Assembly: GCA_013265495.1 (NCBI GenBank)
Contig: MU058198.1
Coordinates: 694,419 to 758,418 of the forward strand
Reading direction: 5' to 3'
From: Vicugna vicugna
Lineage: Eukaryota
DNA: 64,000 bases
The notes under the pieces were generated by a model. That model did not search any database. It had not been told where the DNA came from and worked only from the letters and a program-made list of their open reading frames with translations. Position numbers and translations under genes: made by a program. This document shows positions 23,622 through 38,219 of this stretch, one piece after another (position 1 is the stretch's first letter; each line of letters begins with the position of its first letter).

Positions 23622-23686
23622 AATATGAAGCTGAGCTGCCCGCCTTTCCAGAAGGATATAAAGTCAAACAAGAAGCTGTGACTACT
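23622..23686 (+). CDS. IQCK: IQCK exon 2 (EYEAELPAFPEGYKVKQEAVTT)
   Basis: Acceptor CCCTTCAG|, donor ACT|GTGAGT; 65 nt, phase 1/0, frame continuous with exon 1. Confidence 0.93.
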
Positions 23687-24229
23687 GTGAGTATCAGCCA
23701 GGCACCAACCTAACTGAAAGGCTCTTACTTGAGAACAGCACGGATGGAGCATCAGTGTCCTGCATTAGGGAGACGGGAAGGGAAGGCACTGGAACCAGAA
23801 CCAGAAACTTAGGGCCAGTCCTACCTCTGCTGCTAATGGTGTCACCTAAAGGGCATCACATAACCACTTCGAGCCCCAGTTTCTGCATCTGTTAAATGGA
23901 TCAGATAATTCTTGACTAACTTACAGGGCCTCTCAAATGAGATCCTAGATGAGGAAGGCCTTTACAATGGATTCAACACCATGTCCTTGTTGAGGACAGT
24001 TTTGCAGACAGAGCAGGATTCTCTGTACATGGCTGGGTGGGCTGAGACTGTACTAAGGAAGGAGAAAGAGCCAAGGACATGGCAGCTAGGAAGAGAGGCC
24101 CTTTATTTGGAGTTTAATATAAAAAACCAAGGCTCTGAGAGAGAAAGAAACTTGAGTGGGGGTCACAGGGATGGGACCAAAACCCAAGTCTCTAGACTTC
24201 CAGTATGTCACTGCAGCTGAGAGATTCTC

Positions 24230-25210
24230 TGTCTAAGATCTTTCTTGGCCTGTGATTGTTCCTTTTTCATGGCATCCTGTTCTTGTTCTATAGATGCAAT
24301 GCTTTCTCAAATTTCTCTGCAGATACTAATTACGATTCTCTCCTCTGGATTTGTGCTTCTTCCAGGGTCAGGTGTTCTTTGTAGATCTTTTTCTTTGTCT
24401 TTTATGCTGCTGATGTTCTTCATCTATGTAAAAAGCTGTGATTGTTTATTCAAAATGTAAAATGCAGGCCTGGGTGGATTTTTCTGCACAGCTGATATGG
24501 TTTTCTTCTACTGTCATACATGTGGGTTTGTTTTCTGGATGGGTCTTTTCTGTGACTAGAAACACTGACTGGGAACTCATGGGGATTGATTGCCCACTGG
24601 AGGGCTTTTCTTTGGGGTCAGCAGGCAGGGATCTCATATTTGGGGATTGGAGGGTGGGCGCCTCCAAATCAGTGTTAGAGTTTTTTGGGTTTTTTTTTTT
24701 TTGACTACTAACATGGCTCCCTGAGTAGTTCTTCTCCTCCTTCCCAGGCTGTTTGTTTAATTTGTTTACAAAAGAGTCATTGGAAAGGAGGCGATAAAAG
24801 GCTGGGGTGAATGTAGCTTTAAGTATGCTGAGGGTGGCAGAATCTGGAGGAGAGGGGATGTGGGCAGCAGGGCAGTGGGGCCCCTCCTGTTTATCGTTTC
24901 CTTTCTTATTCCCACTCCGAGGAATTGAACCCCTGAGCATTGACACTCTTTGGAGTTCTGGTGGGAAGACAGACTCCCATCCTCTGGGGGGCAAGTTTCC
25001 TCCTGTGGACTTTGGGCTGCCACTGTCTCCTTCTCTTAGCTGACAATGGGCTTCATCCCGTTTCTTCTGGATATGTTAGGACATCTCTCACCCACTGATG
25101 GCCCTCCTATTCTTTATTAGGGATTTATTTCTTGATTGTCATTTCTAGTTGCCTTGGGGGAGGAGAGAGAGAAAAAATTTTGCTCAGTATGCCCCCCTTG
25201 AACCTGAAGT
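24230..25210 (-). mobile_element. HAL1/old L1-related fragment
   Basis: TCCTGTTCTTGTTCTATAGATGCAATGCTTTCTC...GATACTAAT resembles the recalled HAL1 consensus; T-rich plus strand. Confidence 0.5.
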
Positions 25211-25302
25211 CTGATACAGAATTTTATCCTCTGTTAGATCATAAAAGAAAATGCAATTATTTAAACAATATGAATTGATTCCTTCCCCCACCCCCACCTC
25301 AG

Positions 25303-25432
25303 GTGGCACCATTGGAGGAAATGGCTTTCCATGGCTTCAATGCAGAACACATTTATTCAGTCCCTCGTTTAGCCAAGGTCTCAGAAGTACCCTGTTCTCA
25401 ACCTAAACTGGAAACAATCAATCCAAAAACTT
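25303..25432 (+). CDS. IQCK: IQCK exon 3 (VAPLEEMAFHGFNAEH...ETINPKT)
   Basis: Acceptor CACCTCAG|, donor T|GTAAGT; 130 nt, phase 0/1. Confidence 0.93.
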
Positions 25433-26203
25433 GTAAGTAAGGAAGTGAGATTTCATCTTTTATACTTTGGGGCTTGTAACATTGCAAAACCACAGAGTGG
25501 GGACGGGGGTGGACAGATAGACCTCAGGGAGACCACATGATAAGAAACAGTGTGTTCTTGTTTTAATTTTTATTTCTAAGAAAAGTACCCTGTCTTCCAC
25601 TGGTTTATCTTTAAGGTTGAAATGTAATAAAGATGATCAATATCAAACAGACTTAGATTCTGTGTTAAATACAAAGGGGGAAAATGTAAAGGGCAAAAGA
25701 AAATGTCATGCTGCCCTGCTTTGTGTGTTGGAGCCAGAGATGAAGATGTCTTTCGTCTTCCTCCCTGAGCCCCAGTTCGTTGGCCTCCCTGGTACCAGGC
25801 CCTCTCCTGCTGGCTTGTCCTATTCCCTCTGCTGGTGTGCTTTGGGCCTTGGCAGCCACCATCACTGAGGCCCTAAGGTCCTCCGCCTCGTACCCCCACC
25901 CCATTCCTCTCCGACCTCAGTTCCTACTGCACTCCCCTTGCTTATTTCCCTCCAGCCACACTGGCCTCCTGGCCTTCCCTGTGGAAGGACCTGGCCTACC
26001 TCCTCCCCAGGCTGCAGAGGCTCACAGGGATATGTTAAGTTTCTCTCGGTATATGGCCCAACTCAGCAGTCTGGAGTAAAACGTAGCATTTAAGGTCATG
26101 TTATTTCACGGACAATACCTTTTTTGGTTCAGAAGCAAATGTTTCTCCCAGATTAACTTGGGCCATTTGGGATTTTCAGTGGGAACTTTTTTGTTTGTTT
26201 TAG

Positions 26204-26301
26204 GTTCCCCTAAAGAATATTTGGAAATGTTCATCTTTCCAGTTCTGCTTCCCGGAATAGCTAAGCTGCTTCAGCAAGCAAAGAAAGAAAAATGTTTTGA
26301 G
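26204..26301 (+). CDS. IQCK: IQCK exon 4 (CSPKEYLEMFIFPVLLPGIAKLLQQAKKEKCFE)
   Basis: Acceptor TTTTAG|, donor GAG|GTCAGT; 98 nt, phase 1/0. Peptide visible in ORF 26098..26340. Confidence 0.94.
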
Positions 26302-27920
26302 GTCAGTTGTTTTATTTCTTTATTTCTAAATGCTCGGTAATTCATTTTTATCACATAGTCGCTCATGATCTCCGTACCATCCAGTGGTTGGTCTCCAAAC
26401 GATCCCTTTGGGAGGGAAAGCCTATGTTTCAGTCACTTATCCAGCTCTGGCCACGACATCTCGTTGTGCACCCACATGCACTGCCATCTGTCTGGCTGCC
26501 CGTTTCCAGAGACGTTTTCCTCCTTGCTTGGCCTCCCCTTGACCTGCCCTTCTCCTGGGCAATTGGCATCTGCCGGGTTTCTTGGGTTTATTACACACCA
26601 AATGCCATGCACGTAACTTGCTTGAGGAGAGGCCTGGCACACAGTGAGTGCTCAGTTAATACTGGTCATTATCACACTGCAGCCAGTTATCTGTATGAAC
26701 TGAGTTTCGATCCTGGCATAAACACCCCAGAGTTTCCCTCTTTTCTACAGTGGACAGGATACTCTGTGTGCGTGTGTCCCCTGTGCAGTTTTGAATTCTG
26801 GAATTTTGGAGGACCCGCACGAAGAGAATGAGATAGCAACCACGTTTAACTGCCCAAGTGCTCGCGCTGTGCCAGGCACTTTGCCGCGTGCTTCATCATC
26901 CATTGTCTCATTTGTCCCACATGACAGTCCTGTGAGGTTCCTTCCATTCGTATTGTCTGCATTTAACAGATGAGAAAACAGAGGAACAGAGAGGTGATCA
27001 AGGGGAATGGCAGAGCTGGGATTCAAATCCATATTAAATGATTCAAAATGATACCAAAAATAAAATGGTGGTAACTGCAGTGTGAACCCCAGTCAGTTTG
27101 ACACACCCAGGTCTTTACAGCCTTCATAGCTAATGGAATCACCTGCTCGCCGGCCCTTTGGCACAGGCTCTCTCTGTGAAAACTGGAGACTGTCCCCATG
27201 GGGCTTTTTCATATGGAGGAGACAAAGTTTCCACGTGTTCTAGCAAACACTCGATTTTTCTTCAGCGCTGCCTTGATATTACACTGCCTTCCTGCCTCTC
27301 AGTCACCCCACTTTTTACCTTTCCCTAATTCACTGCCACTTGATTCATTCAGTACGATGTTCCTTCTGACAGGCCTCACCGTGACAGTTGTGTCTTTAGT
27401 GGAAGCAGAAATGAAGTATGAGACGTTGATCTGAAACCAGGCAGGCAGCACATATGTGAAGGAGGAGTTTGGGGAGACTGCTGGGGGATGATACACCATT
27501 TGGGAACCATGGACCCCCATGAGGAGGCCAGGACCCCTCAGCCTGGTCTTCAAGGCCCTTCGCAGTCTTTTCCCTCCTTCCTTCTAGTCTCGTCTCCCTC
27601 TGCTCTCCTTCCTGGGCACTGCCCTCCAGCGGGGAGAAGCCCTGGGGGGTCCTGTGTCAGCTCTGCCCTTCACAGCCTCTGTAAATATGGTCCTTCTTTT
27701 TTTGTTTTTGTTTTTGTTTTGTTTCTAAGGAAAAAAATCCTTAAGTTCTTCTTCTCTGCACTTTTAAGTTCTACTTGTTTTTCCAAACTCAACTCTGTGG
27801 CTTCTCTTTCAGGCCTGCTATTCCCGAACTGGACATGGTTGAACCCAGTCCTTAGATTTCAGACTATTTCATCTATTCCTCCTCTTACGGAAAATTAAGA
27901 CATTTTTCATGAAGGCATTC

Positions 27921-27994
27921 TTTTTTAAATTGAAGTAGAGTTGATTTACAAATTTGTGTTAGTTTCTGGTGTACAGCAAAGTGATTCAGTTATT

Positions 27995-28033
<39 letters not shown>

Positions 28034-28414
28034 ATACATATATATTTTTTTCTTTTCCACTATGGTTTCTTACAGGATATTGAATATAGTTACCTGTGTG
28101 ATACAATAGGACCTTGTTGTTTATCTATTTTATATATAATAATTTGTATCTGCTAATCCCAAGCTCCTAATTTATCCCTCCCCCACCACCTTTCCCCCTT
28201 TGGCAACCATCAGTTTATTTTCTATGTCTATGAGTCTGTTCTGTTTTGTAAATAAGTTTATTTGTGTCTTATTTTCAATTCTACATGTAAGTGATAGATG
28301 GTATTTGTCTTTCTCTTTCCAACTTACTTCACTTAGAATGATAATTTCTGGGTCCATCCATGTTGCTGCAAATGGCATTACTTCATTCTTTTTAATGGCT
28401 GAGTAGTATTTCAT

Positions 28415-28452
<38 letters not shown>

Positions 28453-28867
28453 TGTATCTTCTTCATTGGTTCATCTGTCAATGGACATTTAGGTTGCTTC
28501 CATGCCTTGGCTATTGTATAAATTGCTGCTATGAACACTGGGGTGCGTTTGCCTTTCCAAATTAGAGTTTTCTCCGGATGTATGCCTAGAAGTGGGATTG
28601 CTGGTCATATGGCAACCCTATTTTTAGTTTTTAAAGGACCCTCCATACTGTTTTCCATAGTGGCTGCATCAAATTACATTCCCACCAACAGCGTAGGAGG
28701 GTTCCTTTTCCTCCACACCCTCTCCAGCACTTGTTATCTGTAGACTTTTTAATGATGGCCATTCTGAGTGGTGTGAGGTGGTACCTCATTGTAGTTTTGA
28801 TTTGCATTTCTCTAATACTTAGTGGTGTTGAGCATCTTTTCATGTGCCTATTTGCCATCTGTATGTA
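27921..28867 (-). mobile_element. 5'-truncated LINE-1 (artiodactyl type): ORF2 C-terminus plus 3' UTR
   Basis: Minus-strand ORFs [11 protein letters not shown]...[12 protein letters not shown]...KCWRGCG and YYSAIKKNEVMPFAATWMD are L1 ORF2 C-terminal motifs. The L1 3' end is at about 27921. Contains (TG)n tracts. Confidence 0.92.
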
Positions 28868-29416
28868 ATTAAGATGCTCATCCCACGAGTATACTTTATT
28901 TTGTACATGTCTGTTGCCCCCATTATTTTAAATTTCTTGAGGACAGATTCTCTGATTTCTGTATCTCTATTCAGTGCCTAGTATATTCTACCCAAGGCCT
29001 CGCCTCTGGTGAGCAAATAGTTGGCCCTCAATAAATGAGTGCATTGTTGGGTATCCATGACTATATCCTTGACCAAAACCCAGCTCTCTTTTATCTGGGC
29101 CCATACCTGGAGGGACCCCCTGAAAGGGAGTGAGGGAAGACATCTATTTTGTGAGTTTAGTCAACGTAAGGGAGCAGTGGGCAGCAAATGGCACTGCCTG
29201 ACCCTCCTCCTTATATGTTAATTATGCAAATAACTAATTAACTGGGCTTTGGTTTATAACACAGTGGTAAGAACACATTTCTGGAGTCAAAGTTACCTGG
29301 TTTTGATGTCTACTTCCTCCCCAGCTGGCTGCGCAGCCGTGAGCAAGCTATTTCATCTTTCTGAGCCACCATCATTTCCTTATGTATAAAATGAAGATGC
29401 TCATAGCACCTGCTCA

Positions 29417-30097
29417 TGTTCCCGAATTAGGTTTGTTTGCAAGCCAAATGCTGGACGCCGAGGTTTGCAGCAGAGAAAAGGTTTATTCACAAGGCACCCA
29501 AGTAGAAAAGACAGGTTAACAAGTCTCAGATCCACCTCCCTTAAGGCGAGGGCCTTGAGATATGTATGGCTGAAGAGTTTAGGGTGGTCAGAGGTGCAGG
29601 GGAAGATGACTGGAAGATGCTCTGTGCAGGCATATTTGAGTTACGTGCTTCTTCGTGGGGTGCATGCGCAGAAAAATGGAGACACTAGTTTGATCTGAGG
29701 ATGGAGTTTTTGGTCCTCTGACATCAAAAGGTCATTCATCGGACACCCTGCAGTCCCAGTTTTAGGGCTGGTGGTCCTGAGCAGCCCTAGCCGGCTTGTA
29801 CTAGACGAGAACTGGCTCGAAGTTCCTGAAAGCCACTGTTACTATCTCAACCCATGCGCCAGAGCTGTTATCTATAGGGGATGGTTAAGGAGTTTTCTGA
29901 TACATTATCTAGGCTATGAGGGTATGTAGCTTGGAGGTATATAATTTGCAAAAATAATTAAGGTGAGTTTGATCAGTGAATGCAGGTTATAGGCGGCGGG
30001 GGGGGGTTAACAGATCCCTTATCTGCTGTTCTGTAAGGCAAGCTCAAGAATTTCTGTTAGTCACCAGTTTCTGTTAACCCTATGGGGCACGGTTTCA
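29417..30097 (-). mobile_element. Solo ERV1-type LTR inserted in a MIR
   Basis: Minus strand begins TGAAACCGTGCCCCATAGG and ends in CA, with AATAAA near its 3' end. MIR-like sequence resumes on both sides. Confidence 0.65.
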
Positions 30098-33000
30098 ATG
30101 GGATTATCATACTGATGAAATGAGGTAGCCCATACAAAGTGCTTGGGGAAGTCCCTGGAATGCAGGAGGAGCTCAGTAAATGTTAACTTATTACTGACTC
30201 TTACTATTACTGAGCGACAGCTGCTCCCCAGGTAGGGCGGTTTCCGCCCACTCCCTGAGTGAGCTTGCTCTTGTTCCTTGGCTACCCAGAGGCCCTATTC
30301 AGCACTTGGTCCCAGCACCCCCCAAACATCTAATTACGCAGTGATTTCAGGAAAAAGATTTATTTTGTTGATAATTTCATAGGGAGGTGGAAAGAGGGCT
30401 TTGTTCACACTGGCCGAGCAACGCTTCATTAATCCTCTCTAGAACCATTTCTGTCCTCTCCCTGCACCCCCTCCCACACAGCCTCTCCAGATCCTTTTGG
30501 ATCCTGAACAATTTAGGCCTGGCTCTCAGCTTACGTGGTCCACTCAGCAAAGTCCCGCATTCAGCTTACCCCTCCTCCCTCCAAGGGCAGTTCAACCACT
30601 ATCTATAGCCCTTGGTGGGCGGGAGTGGTGGTGGGGGCTTCACATCTCTCACCCCAACAAAGACAGAATTGTAAGGCCTTTTTCACATTGCCCTAGCAGA
30701 AATGCTTAGTTTTGAGACACAGGCCTGGTAAGTTCAAATCTACTTAATCCTGCCTCCTCCTGACCTGCTGGAGCAGACCAGTTGTCCTGATTGAACCAGA
30801 AAAAACGTAATGATCCTCCGATCTCTGTCTTCATTAACATGAGAGGAGCTCTGCTGAAGGGAGCTATAAACAGAGAAAGCTGGTAAGATGAATGTTAGTG
30901 ATTCAGGTACTGACTTTCCATCCAGGTAGGCAGCCCCCTCACCTGTGGTTTGACGTTGGCTGTGGTGACAGTAATAGTATTAAGGGTCACGGAAGCTGTC
31001 TCACTGGTTAGTTGTCCACTGCGTGGCAGCACTGGTCAAAGTGCTTTATACTCACCATCACATGTCACTCTAATAGTCAGCTTCCAAGCCAGGTCCCCTT
31101 GTACATGAACCCCCTTTTACAGAGGAGGCCCCTGGAGCCCAGAGAAGTTGAGCATCACCTAAGGTCACCCAGCTAGTGAGCGAGGGAGCATGCCTTCAGT
31201 CAAGGCCCAGATGATTCTACAGCCTGTGCTTTCGTCCCTCTCAAAAGTTGGAAGTTGGGGGCTGTCCTCTAAATAGCTCCAGGAAATACAGCTTTTTCTT
31301 TTTTCATTCAGAGCTCTTTTCTGAGAACAGATTGCTACTTGCCTTAGGTTATAAAATCTAAACTGCTTCTAATTCTCGTTTACTTTTCGTTTGCTCATTT
31401 GGCTTCCCCTGGCGACTTAATTCTTGTCCCCTGTTCACAGTTGACCCCACCCCACCCTGCCCCCATGTGGTGTTAAACAGGGCAAAGTGTGACTGGGTGG
31501 GACGGTGGTGGGGTTGGGACAGGGAGCAGAGCCCTCAGCCTGGCCCTGCGTGTGTCAGATGGCCTTGCCTCTCTGGCCTCAGGTCCTGCTGCTAAATGAG
31601 AAGAGTCCAGACGATCTCACCAGTCATGTCACAGGGATCTTCTTTGTTAATCTTGCAGTTGGCCAAAGCATATTCAGAGTACCCTGCCTTTTATTAATTT
31701 GACCAAAGCATGGAATACAGTGATTAAACAATGAAATAGCACAGTGGACTAGCCTTTATTTGGGTATGTGTAAGAATATCTGCAAACAGATTAAGCCACC
31801 CAAGTTCAGTTCCGTTCATCAGACGTTTATTAAGCCCTACTATGTGCTGATCTTGGGGCCAGACCCGGGGGGACACAGAGGATGTGATCTGCCCTTGTCC
31901 TCAAGAAAACCACCAACTAGTACTGAAGCCATCGGTTGCTGAAGGATAATGGTGAACTAAGGTAGCCTTTCTTTTTCTCCCCCTTGTATCTGTTTATTTT
32001 TGCTGTGTGAAGTAAGACTGAATGTGGAGAAATGGCAAGCGTGGGTCTGGTGCTGGGCATTCACTTCTAGACCTTAAGACAGCATATTCACTTTTGCAGC
32101 CTTTATTCTAATTTATTCAGCTGTTATTCTTCTAATGTCTACCCCTTCAGAGGACACAAAAATCAGCTAAATGGGCAGTCATTAAGATTTTACATTGAGG
32201 GCTGCATATCTAATTTTTGCCCATAAATAATTTTGTAACAAAGGGGCTAGAAACAGTTTCCAGCCTCCCGGCAATCTTAAAAACACTTCTAAAGAATCAG
32301 AGAAATTTCTATGTGTATTAGAGAGGACTGAGGCCATCTTGTGCCAACTCATACTTCATCTTTGACATTCCACGGATGAGCTGCTGCTGGGACTAAGTGA
32401 AAACGGTCCAAGCTTCAAATGCTGCAAGTGCTTGAATAGAACAGTAGATGTTCAATGCTATATGAATGATCAAAGGGTGCAGAAAAACAGGGTTCTTAAA
32501 AGTGATAACTTGCAAGAATTGATACATTTTACAGGCATCTAGGCACTCTGGATTCCTGCGTAATCACTTCCTTGCAGTGTGACCTTAAGTCATCTTTGAG
32601 TAATCCTCAACTATTAAACGGATGACAGAGGTGCTCCTATTACCAGGAAGATGAGGGGAAGGATTTAAGGACGCTCACAAGCAACATCGAATGTGAGCTC
32701 CCTACCCAACCTTCCCTTCGGGCTCTGCCCAGAAGCTCAGTCCTCAAATGCCTCAAATAGGCAAGGTGGGTGAATTACTATTACTTCTCTCATTACCTGA
32801 TTCGGGATTTTCGGATTTCTTAATTAGATTTGATTTCCCTCTCCCACCCCACCTCCCACATCATGTAGTCTTTTGCAGGCTTAAAAATTACATTATTGCC
32901 ATCTCAACATTTGTCAGACCCAAGTGGAACGCGTCTCATCCGGATCTGCACAACAGATTTGCGTTTTCTCGATTCAGCTGTTCCTCGCATCCTGTCATTG

Positions 33001-34102
33001 GGAATAGACGCTCAAACGGAATGATCACCAGCCTCCAGCCAAAATGACACAACCCGAACATTCTTATCTGTCACCCACAACTGAACTTGCATCCAAATGG
33101 CTCTTAAACAGCAGTGTGATTCATTGTTTATGAGGGCCCTTCAAATTATATCTTGAAACAGCATTTATATTAGGTCACTTAAGAATAATTGCTGATTGCT
33201 ATTTTGCCCCTAAAATGCTGACTTCTAGTTCTTTTTTTCCTGCTTTCCTTATTTGCCGTTTTTGTCCTGTGATTCAGCTCCAACTGTGCCTGGAACAATG
33301 CAGGGACCCACTAAATATTTGAGGGATGAATAAATGAGTATGATTCCTCAAAACTCAGGACCTGCTTTTAAGATCATAGCTAAGTTACAAGCACACATAG
33401 CTGTGACATTTACTAACTGAACCTACACTGTCTGGACTGACTGCCTCCGGAGGGAGGGAGACTATAGGGAGGCTGCCCAGATCTGTTGGGTCCCCTGGAG
33501 CTAGAGTTAAGTAAGGAGCAAATCCTCTAAAATTGGAGGTGCCTCATAGCCCGCCAAGAGCCAGAGAGGTGAACAAGAAGCTGGAATTAAAGAATAGTAA
33601 TTTCTAACATGTTTAGAGCCCGTGCTTTGTACCAGACGTTGTTCTAAGCCCTTTGGCCACAGGAACTCATTGAATCCTCCCAACAGGGCTCTGATGTGGG
33701 TGCTCTTCTTGCCACCGTGCAGCACCAGGTTTAACCAACAAGCTCAATGCACAACTAGTCGGTGGCAGAGCCACCATTCAAACCAAGCAGCCGGGTTCCT
33801 GAGTCGAGGGGTTTGACCACTGGACCACAGTGGTGCCTGGTGTAATGGCTTCCAAAAGCAGAAGCCAAATTCGGAGAGGAAAGGTGATCTGGAGGTGCTG
33901 GAGAAGAAGACTGAGAAGCTAGGCAGGTCTGGGGCAGTCACCTCATGGGACAGAGCCCTTCCTTAGATTGTCCTGTGAGCACCAGGACACTTCAAGGAAA
34001 ACTGGATAGAGCAAAGCAGAGAAAGGAGTCAGAAGAGAGAGAGACAGCAAGAGGCCACACCATTAGGTGGCCTTTTGCACACATGCCTGGTGCGTGCATG
34101 CG

Positions 34103-34105
<3 letters not shown>

Positions 34106-34136
<31 letters not shown>
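34106..34136 (+). repeat. (TG)n microsatellite
   Basis: Read directly. Confidence 0.95.
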
Positions 34137-34137
<1 letters not shown>

Positions 34138-35999
34138 TGTGCACATGAGCGAGGCAGTCTGTGGTACACGGTCCAGCAGTTCAGAACCTGGCCCATGGAA
34201 TCAAACAGACTTCGCTTCCAACCCGAGTCTGCCTTGGACAGACTGTGCAAGCTTGCTGATTTTGATTTTGATTCATAATAACCCAAGTCTTTTATATGCA
34301 CCATTTTAGATATTATGAAGTAGATAATCCAAATAATTTTCTCATTATTGGATTTCAATTATTCTAAGTTAATTAAGTTCAAATTATTTAATAAGCAGGT
34401 ATTTCTTTATTTCTTCACTTTTGGAAAATACATTTGAAGGACTAAATCGTAAACATGATTTCTATGAATTATCTCAGCCTTAGAAATTAGGTGAAGACCC
34501 CACTCATTTCATGATACGAATTTAGCAAGTGAAATAGATTTCTGTAACCCCTTCCCAGGTGATAGTTCTCGACTATGTGTAAGAAGGTCATAGAGAAGAT
34601 TTGAGTCGCATCTGCAGGGCATTCAAGTCAACAGCCCTTTCAGTTTTGCTATGGACCTAGCTGGGTGCTAGCAGTGTTTCATATTTTGTTAAACAACTGT
34701 ACTCCATGAAAGATGATGACTGAAGTGATTCGTTTGTACAAATAGCTCGAGGAAGCACACCTGTGGGCTGACAGTAGTGACTGTGCAGGCATGTCCTGAA
34801 TGTAGATAATAGTATCCAAACCTGTTGGCCCATAAATGAAAAATCACATGGAAGCTGGGGAAGAGATGACATTTTTGGAGCCTTTGCTCTCCTATATTAT
34901 ATTCCAGAATTTCAGTAATATTTGACATTTTTAAAATAAGCATGAACTTACTTTTGTACTCAGAAAAATAGAAGTTACAAATAAATACCGTTTTCAAGCC
35001 CATATATTTGACCTTGCTGCCCCATCTAGGTGATTTTTTTTGTCTCCTTCATTTTCACGGAGGCGCTGAGTGAATGACCTCACCTCTATCTTTTTACCAT
35101 TCTAGCTCTCTTTAACGTGTGACACTCTAGCACCGAAATGCTCTGGTACAACTCTTTTCAAGCGAGTTTCCTGAGTGACCCAGTGCTGCCAAATTCAGTG
35201 GCCTCTTCCAGAGACAGAAGAGAAAGGAGGCCAATAGAGCAGGAGCAGGGTGAGCAGACTAGATGGGAGGTGAGGCTGGCAGGGTTGCTCTGCGGCCGCT
35301 GTGTCCCGTAGGCCAGTGAAGAGTGGGTTTTGTTTCAAGAGCAGGGGGAACTTATCAGAGCGATGGCTCTCAACCCTGTTGGGCCCACTGAGCTCTTGGC
35401 ATCACATTTGGTCGTGCCCTTCTTACTAGCCTGAAAGGAGACGCTTAGTAATGTGCCCTGATTAGTGTTAGCAGTAGTTACCTGATTGCTGTACCTGACA
35501 ACTTCGTGGCTTAAAAAAGCAATGATTTATTATTTCTGTGGGCTGACTGGGCAGTTCTTCTGTTGGTCCCACCTTGCCCCACTCATGTGGCTGCTTTCAG
35601 CTGGTGATGGGGCCGTGCTGGAAGGTCCAGGCTGCCCTCATTCACCTGCCTGGGGCCTCGGCGCTGGCTCATGGCTGGGCCACTTCAGTTCCCCTCTGCA
35701 TGACTCTCATCCTCCAGCAGGCCAGACCAGCTCCTTCACAGTCTGATGGGTTCAGGGCAGCTTTCCAAGAGGGTGAAGGCAGAAATACAAGGCCTGGGCT
35801 CTGGAACGCCACTGACATCACTTCCACCACATTCCATTGGTTAAGACAGCTCACAAGGCCAGCAACTCAGAAGTGGTTGAGAAATAGACTCCATCAGGAA
35901 GAGGTAGCAGAGTCACGATGCTAAGGGGCCTGGACCCAGGAGGCATGATCAGTTAAGGACCACTATCATAATAATCTATCCACACAATAATTTTAAATG

Positions 36000-36184
36000 T
36001 ATATATATATATATATATATATATATNNNNNNNNNNNNNNNNNNNNNNNNNNNNNNNNNNNNNNNNNNNNNNNNNNNNNNNNNNNNNNNNNNNNNNNNNN
36101 NNNNNNNNNNNNNNNNNNNNNNNNNNNNNNNNNNNNNNNNNNNNNNNNNNNNNNNNNNNNATATGTATATATATATATATATAT
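36000..36184. other. (AT)n microsatellite spanning a 134-N assembly gap (36027-36160)
   Basis: N run flanked by ATATAT on both sides. Confidence 0.97.
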
Positions 36185-38063
36185 TAGCCATTTATATTAT
36201 AGTCCACTATAATATAAATGAGAAATAAAATGAAAATCATTCATAATATAGGTAATATGTATTTCCTTTTTTAAAGCTCAAGTAAAACTACACTAACTTT
36301 GGGCCCTGCCCTGGGCCCACTGGGCCATCCTGAAGCCACCTACTTACACCTGTACAGAGGATCACCATGAACACAGCAGTTAAAAAGGCAGAGTCACATG
36401 TGTTAATATTAGTCACTCAAATAATGTGATATTGTCCTTGTGATATGATTTTCTGAAATGATGAGAAACTCAGGTTCTGAGTAAAAGAGTGCAATTTTCT
36501 CTGTATATGCATGGTAACTGTTTTTTTTTGGGGAAAAAAAATCAATGTATATCAAAATTATGCCAGAAAAATCTTGTGTTTGTATACTAAATGGAGCTAA
36601 GTTCTAGACTCAGATCCTTACAAACAAAGTTTTTACCTAGTAACATCCAGTGAGATATTTCAAAATATTTAGGCTGCAGGACAATTTTATACTACACAGA
36701 ACTCATAATCTCAGGGTATAGCGTATCTCTGGTTCAGAAGTCTGAAATGGGTCTGGACTGTGTTCCTTCTGGAGGCTCCAGGGGAAAATCTATTGCTTTT
36801 CCTTTTTCAGTTTCTAGAGGCCACATTCCTTGGCTCATGGCCCTCTTCTTTCTTCAAAGCCAGTGATAGTATCACTTTGACCTCTGCTTAGTTCATCACA
36901 TCTCCTTGTCTGACCCTTACCCTCTATCCTCCCTTATTGGAATGATTGTGATTACACTGGGTCCTACCTGGATCATTTCCCCATCTCAGGATCCTTAACT
37001 GAATCACATCCACAAAGTTCTTTTGCCATGTAAGGGAATGTATTCAGGTTTTGGGGATTAGGACATAGATATCTTTGGAGGGTGATTATTCAACCTGCAT
37101 CAACACTTTAATGTTAAGGGAGAAACATTCTCTGCAGGGCCCTGGAGGTAAAGAAACAGGCCTGGAGTAACCATACTGGGACACCAGGGCGTGGTTGGGA
37201 CTGTGGTCACTACAGAAGCTCACACACTCAAGGGGCAGCTGCTGTGTCCCTCGTTTCCTCCTGATTGTCACTGTGCAGAGCATGGGCTCAGTGTGGCCGT
37301 ATCCCCTGAGTGTTCAATAGAAGCCTCCAATCCAGATTTTTACCATGAACTGTCCCAATTAATTTTTAAAAGACTGTTGACAGTTAATTTCCAAGAAGAT
37401 TAAACACAACATGCCAAGCAGAACACATTTGTGAGCTACATCTCACCGGTTGGTGATCTTTGATTTAGACGCTTAATTTCTCCTATGAGTTCCTGGTGTG
37501 CATTTCTTTGCTACGTGCTGACTGTCCACCCTGTGCTGGGCCCAGGACATCCTGAAGCCTCCCCACGCCTACCAGACCCTTGGGACACAGCTACTTCCTT
37601 TTATGAAGTACCTTCTTTATGCCAGGCTCTGTGATGCTCAATATTTGTTTACAAGAGCTCACTGATTTTTAGAACAGCCTTGTGCTGCAGGTGATGTCAT
37701 TACCATTTTTAAAATGTGCAAACTGTAGACTAGAAAGAATGAACAACTTTACTTGCAAAGTCACTGAGCTCGTTAGGAGCAGAGCCAGGATGCCAACCCA
37801 TCTTTCTGACTCTAAGCCTCAGCCCTTAACCACTCCAGGAAATCGCCTCTTGACCCACATGATGGCGGCTAAGTCCGCCTCTCCACACCCGCAGGCTGTT
37901 TGCAGTGACCCTGCGGCCCCAGCTGGCTCCAGCCCTCCCAGCTGGACTGGACTGCGCTAGCTCAGTGTGATCTGGTCTCTGAGCCTGCCTCACCTGACCT
38001 TTGGAGTTGGAATTTGTTCTTGAGATCTCTTGCTTTTACCTCCAACTCCTTTAAAAGACTCTT

Positions 38064-38219
38064 TTTTAAAAAAATTCTTAAATAATTTTATTTTATTTTT
38101 GGCAGGGTGGGTAGGGGAGATAATTAGGTTTATTTATTTTTAGAGGAGGTACCAGGGATTGAACCGAGGACCTCATGCATGCTAAGCATGCACTCTACCA
38201 CTTGCACTATACCCTCCCC
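38064..38219 (-). mobile_element. tRNA-derived SINE, same family as 16642-16775
   Basis: Reverse complement begins GGGGAGGGTATAGTGCAAGTGGTAGAGTGCATGC. TSD TAAAAGACTCTT (38052-38063) / TAAAGGACTCTT (38222-38233). Confidence 0.87.

Noticed and set aside
24446..24994. 182-aa minus-strand ORF
   Set aside because: It lies in a degenerate HAL1/L1-like relic and has no recognisable domain or splice support.
36027..36160. N run and ORFs crossing it
   Set aside because: Assembly gap in an (AT)n repeat with no biological content readable.
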